64,000 bases of DNA from Pseudomonadota bacterium (GTDB lineage Bacteria; Campylobacterota; Campylobacteria; Campylobacterales; Sulfurimonadaceae). The translations under genes were made by a program, and so were the position numbers. Within the stretch, counting starts at the first letter, position 1. Each line of letters opens with the position of its first letter. Under the pieces are notes generated by a model. It searched no databases. It was not told the DNA's origin and saw only the letters and a program-made list of their open reading frames with translations. The stretch lies in assembly GCA_043797085.1 (NCBI GenBank), contig JAZDQA010000010.1:32001-96000 (forward strand). Reading direction: 5' to 3'. Positions 60,388 through 64,000 of the stretch are shown here, one piece after another.

Positions 60388-62672
60388 AACCAACGTCTAA
60401 TTTTTTTCAACTCTAAAGAGTTTAAAATAATGCCGACATTATCAAGCTGATGTTCTTTTACAAAGCGATCGATAGCAGTAACAAAATCTTTTTTAGAATA
60501 TTTAGCTTTAAAGAGAATTAAATTAAGATCAGAAAGACGCATCAGCACAAGAGCATCAGCAACCAATCCAGCAGGTGGTGCTACGAGAATAATATAATCA
60601 TACGTTTCTTTTAGATATTCAAGTAAAACCTTAAAATGATCCGACATAATTAAGTCATACGGACTATCTACAGCCGATCCGCTGCAAATAACATTCATAT
60701 TGATTTGATCCGTAAAATAAACCACCTCGGTCAATTCACACCGACCGCTTAAAAACGTACTGATACCCTTATCATTCTTAATCTGAAGTTTTTGATGAAT
60801 CGATGGATGGCGCATATCCATATCTACAATAATCACTTTTTTACCGCTTTGCGCCATGACCCGTCCCAGTTCTATCCCCGTAGTCGCACGCCCTTCTCCC
60901 AAAACAGAAGAGGTCAATGTCAAAATTTTCGGCTTCTTCAACTCATCACTGTACACCAACTTGGTGAGCAATACACGCAACGCATCTTGATAGAGACTTT
61001 TTTTGTTCTGAAAGTACGGCAAAATAGCAAATACGGGTAACGCGGTGCGCTTTTCAATATCACTAATCGTTTCTATCGTACCGGACAAGGCATTTCGTGC
61101 AAGCGCCTGTGTTATCCCAATCATCAGACCTAAAATAATTCCGATTAAAATAATCAATGCCGGTTGCGGTTTTACCGGTGTCTTTTCAACAAACGCCCGA
61201 TCAACAATCCAGTCTCCTGAAACTGTCGAAGATTCCAGAATTGTTGTTTCAGCCCGTTTTTGGAGAAGATATTCATAAACTTTTTGATTAACCATAAGCC
61301 CATTCATAAGCTTCGACAACTGCTTCTCGTTTTCGGGAATTTCCATCAACAACTGATTGTTTTTTTGGATAATTGTATTAAGTGTCATTTTACGCTGATG
61401 GATACCGCGCAAATTGCTCTCAATACTGGCACGCAAATTAGCTCTGAGTGCATTGATTTGTTGATTAACTTTAATAACCGAGGGATGCTCATTGGTATAA
61501 TCAACCATCAGTGTCGATCGCAAAGTACCTGCTTCTTGCAGCTTTTCAATTAGAGGCAAAAGCGGAGAACCAAGAAGACTAATAGAGCCCGTATCGATCC
61601 CAGTCACGGAACTGTTACTTTGAACGTATCTCAAAAGATCGGTATAAACCCCTTCTTGCATATCCAATTCGTACCGCTGTTTTTCCAGCTCATTAAGCTT
61701 TTGTGCCGCCATTACTGCTTTGTCTTTTAAATCAACCGTAACGGTATGTGAAGTTTTGTAGTCTTTCACATTGCTCGCTGAATTTTGAAGCGATTGATTT
61801 ATTGCTTCCAGCTGCTTATCAATAAAACTTAACGTTTTTTTGGCACCGGCGCTTTTCATCTCATTATTTTGCAGCTGATACGCATGAGCCAGCGCATTGA
61901 GCATATCTTCTGCTCTTTGCGGGATATTATCCTGATAGGTCAACAGTAATACCGAACTCTTATCTGATGTTACCGAAATATTTAACGAAGATTGCACCAT
62001 ATCAATCATTTGATCATTTGGAATAATTGTGAAAAAATAATCTTGATTGGCAATTATACTGTTTTGAGTGACACTCATACTAAATAATGGATGTCGTATT
62101 GGTGTATTATAGGGATATCTTTGCGAAATATAAATCAACTCTTCACCACTCAACATCCCCAATAGCTTCATTGCCATAGACGGTTCGATCGTTAAACGAA
62201 AATGAGTGGCGTCCACCGGATGCAATTGAAATTTATATTTAGTCAACAACTCAGATAATGATTTACAATTAACCGTAAATGGAGTATCTTTGTAAAGTTC
62301 TTGCATTTTGAACTGTTTTTTAGTGTAATAACGTATCTCCATAGGTACACTCTCAAGTGCTTTTTGAACAACCAATTTTGATCGTAAAATGACCATTTCG
62401 TTTTCTATATTTACCTTTTGTCCGCCCAATGCATCCGCCAAAATATCGCTGGCTGCCGATCCATTTTGTGATTCAGGCTGAATTTTCATTGTCAAATTTG
62501 CCTGATAAACAGTCATAGAAAAATAGGCATTAATCACTGCTAAAAATAATGTGAATACCGTTATAGCAATTATAGATACTTTATACCGCCCTAGTATCGC
62601 AAAAACATCTTTGAAATTAATTTCCTCTTCAGATACGGAAGAAGTGACGTTTTGATTATTTGAAGAATACAT
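60384..62672 (-). CDS. wzc: Wzc-like polysaccharide co-polymerase with a degenerate BY-kinase domain
   Basis: EEEINF, two TMs, coiled coil, PVKP, DMDMR. Walker A reads GEGRAT, Walker B reads YIILVAPP, and there is no Tyr tail. Confidence 0.85.
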   Translation of the reverse strand: MYSSNNQNVTSSVSEEEINFKDVFAILGRYKVSIIAITVFTLFLAVINAYFSMTVYQANLTMKIQPESQNGSAASDILADALGGQKVNIENEMVILRSKLVVQKALESVPMEIRYYTKKQFKMQELYKDTPFTVNCKSLSELLTKYKFQLHPVDATHFRLTIEPSMAMKLLGMLSGEELIYISQRYPYNTPIRHPLFSMSVTQNSIIANQDYFFTIIPNDQMIDMVQSSLNISVTSDKSSVLLLTYQDNIPQRAEDMLNALAHAYQLQNNEMKSAGAKKTLSFIDKQLEAINQSLQNSASNVKDYKTSHTVTVDLKDKAVMAAQKLNELEKQRYELDMQEGVYTDLLRYVQSNSSVTGIDTGSISLLGSPLLPLIEKLQEAGTLRSTLMVDYTNEHPSVIKVNQQINALRANLRASIESNLRGIHQRKMTLNTIIQKNNQLLMEIPENEKQLSKLMNGLMVNQKVYEYLLQKRAETTILESSTVSGDWIVDRAFVEKTPVKPQPALIILIGIILGLMIGITQALARNALSGTIETISDIEKRTALPVFAILPYFQNKKSLYQDALRVLLTKLVYSDELKKPKILTLTSSVLGEGRATTGIELGRVMAQSGKKVIIVDMDMRHPSIHQKLQIKNDKGISTFLSGRCELTEVVYFTDQINMNVICSGSAVDSPYDLIMSDHFKVLLEYLKETYDYIILVAPPAGLVADALVLMRLSDLNLILFKAKYSKKDFVTAIDRFVKEHQLDNVGIILNSLELKKIRRWL

Positions 62673-63471
62673 CAATAGCCTTTCCATTTTTAATTTGTGT
62701 GTAGTCAACAAATGGGAACAACATTGCATGAAGCAGCTCGAAAAATGGCATTTGCTCTTTGAATGCCACATTGTATGCTTTCATACTGCGGGGCTGAATA
62801 TAGACAATATCATTGGGTTTTAAAATTAAACTTGTAAGCTGCATCGATGAAATATTGGCTAAATCGATCTCACGCATCGATGGCGTACGCAAACCTCCTC
62901 GGATAACTCTAACATTGCTTCGTTCTGCATCATCCGTCAAATCTCCCGAATACGCCAATGCTTCGAAAAGAGACATCGTCCCGTTGGTTACCTGAACGAC
63001 TCCGGGCTTGCGTACTTCACCCAAGACAAAAAGTTTTTGATTGAGGATTTTCACGGTCACAAAAGGATTTTTGAGATAGTGCTGGTAAGCCGTTAAAAGC
63101 TTTTCAGCGGCTTGATTTTCTGTCAAACCGACTATTGACACCGCTCCAACAAGGGGAAGTCGCACCGTACCAGCCTTGGGAACCAAATATCCCTCTGTAC
63201 CGTCACGAGTGAGTGCGGCTTGCATCCGCCCACCTGTATTTAAGATCTGATTAAGTTCTTGTTGACCATCTCCGGAGGATTGACTGACGACAATAATCTC
63301 AAGGCGATCTCCTTTGGCAATTTTCCACTCAAATTCCGCCTCTTCAGTATAGTTTGAATCTGAAACGGTTTGAACCGTTGTAATATTGCCATCAAACATT
63401 TTATACGTTGGAATCGCGCACCCGCTAAACAACAAACCTACTATAAACATTAAATAAAATGGAACTTTCAC
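62656..63471 (-). CDS. wza: Polysaccharide export lipoprotein Wza
   Basis: Lipobox LFSGC, LPLVG, YLKNP, VLGEVRKPG, LKPNDIVYI; GTG start. Confidence 0.88.
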   Translation of the reverse strand: MKVPFYLMFIVGLLFSGCAIPTYKMFDGNITTVQTVSDSNYTEEAEFEWKIAKGDRLEIIVVSQSSGDGQQELNQILNTGGRMQAALTRDGTEGYLVPKAGTVRLPLVGAVSIVGLTENQAAEKLLTAYQHYLKNPFVTVKILNQKLFVLGEVRKPGVVQVTNGTMSLFEALAYSGDLTDDAERSNVRVIRGGLRTPSMREIDLANISSMQLTSLILKPNDIVYIQPRSMKAYNVAFKEQMPFFELLHAMLFPFVDYTQIKNGKAIDVFFK

Positions 63472-63668
63472 ACCTACCCCTTTAATTGAATATGACGAAC
63501 CGTTCATGAGCTTTATGAGAAAATAATAACGATAAATAATGAGATTATAATGGTGTATATTTGAGTAAAATTTGAAATATTTATTACATTATGTGATTGT
63601 ATACGGAAGAGTTTGCAGTGTTATTTATAAGTATAAATAATAAGGAAAAGAAAAAATATTGTGTTGAA

Positions 63669-63693
63669 ATCTCTAAAAAGAAATTTTAGAGAT
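63669..63693 (-). terminator. Hairpin downstream of prs
   Basis: ATCTCTAAAA-AGAAA-TTTTAGAGAT; the stem is AT-rich. Confidence 0.45.
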
Positions 63694-63701
63694 ATTGGAG
63701 A

Positions 63702-64000
63702 TTAACTAAAAAGTGAATTTACGCTCTCGTTGTGATAAACACGGCGAATGACTTCAGCGAACAAAGGTGCTACGCTGATAACTTTGATTTTATCACTGTG
63801 ACCGCGCAGTTCAAGAGTATTGGAAATAACGAGCTCATCGAGCTCACCATTGTTAAGATTTTCGTATGCGTTACCGCTTAGGACACCATGTGTTGCGCAT
63901 GCCATAACCGATGTTGCTCCGCGCTTTTTGAGTGCAGCCGCCGCTTTTACCATGGTTCCTGCCGTATCGACCATATCATCGATCATAATAACGTCTTTGC
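63702..64000 (-). CDS. prs: Ribose-phosphate pyrophosphokinase, 3' part (partial)
   Basis: IDDMVDTAGT, ATHGVLSG, ESVNSLF. Confidence 0.95.
   Translation of the reverse strand, partial: KDVIMIDDMVDTAGTMVKAAAALKKRGATSVMACATHGVLSGNAYENLNNGELDELVISNTLELRGHSDKIKVISVAPLFAEVIRRVYHNESVNSLFS

Noticed and set aside
38097..63471. Poly-G/C phase-variation tracts in the polysaccharide locus
   Set aside because: No long G/C homopolymers were seen; the A/T runs are in intact frames and expected in AT-rich DNA.

Overview
A 64 kb chromosomal window from a Campylobacterota (epsilonproteobacterial) bacterium. Gene content and order (ctpA-purC-purS-purQ-SH3-plsC-crcB, desulforubrerythrin, DUF5718, HspR-type operators) suggest a Sulfuricurvum/Sulfurimonas-like organism; this is an inference. 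1-8 kb is a metal/redox island: a probably Fur-controlled ApbE flavinylation locus (frameshifted porin, FMN-binding protein, two His-containing membrane proteins), desulforubrerythrin, an outer-membrane porin with a highly structured upstream region, an SO_0444-type permease and MntP. 8-38 kb holds housekeeping and signalling genes (DGC, ABC-F, pur genes, proA, EAL/HDOD, two tandem TM-REC-pseudoHPt regulators, grpE-dnaK without hrcA, DASS transporter, histidine kinase, comF, lepA), a 133 bp MITE-like element with a degenerate second copy, and a GTAG REP-like hairpin. 38-63.5 kb is a Wzx/Wzy-type polysaccharide locus with unusual content: a deacetylase-GT4 fusion, three tandem mosaic CapK/PaaK-like adenylate-forming ligases, a heparinase II/III-like protein, a beta-helix lipoprotein with a PPVTTT repeat, an acyltransferase, Wza, and a Wzc that lacks its catalytic Walker A Lys, Walker B Asp and Tyr cluster. 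No rRNA, tRNA, CRISPR array or transposase was recognised. All calls come from reading motifs by eye; no database searches were run.
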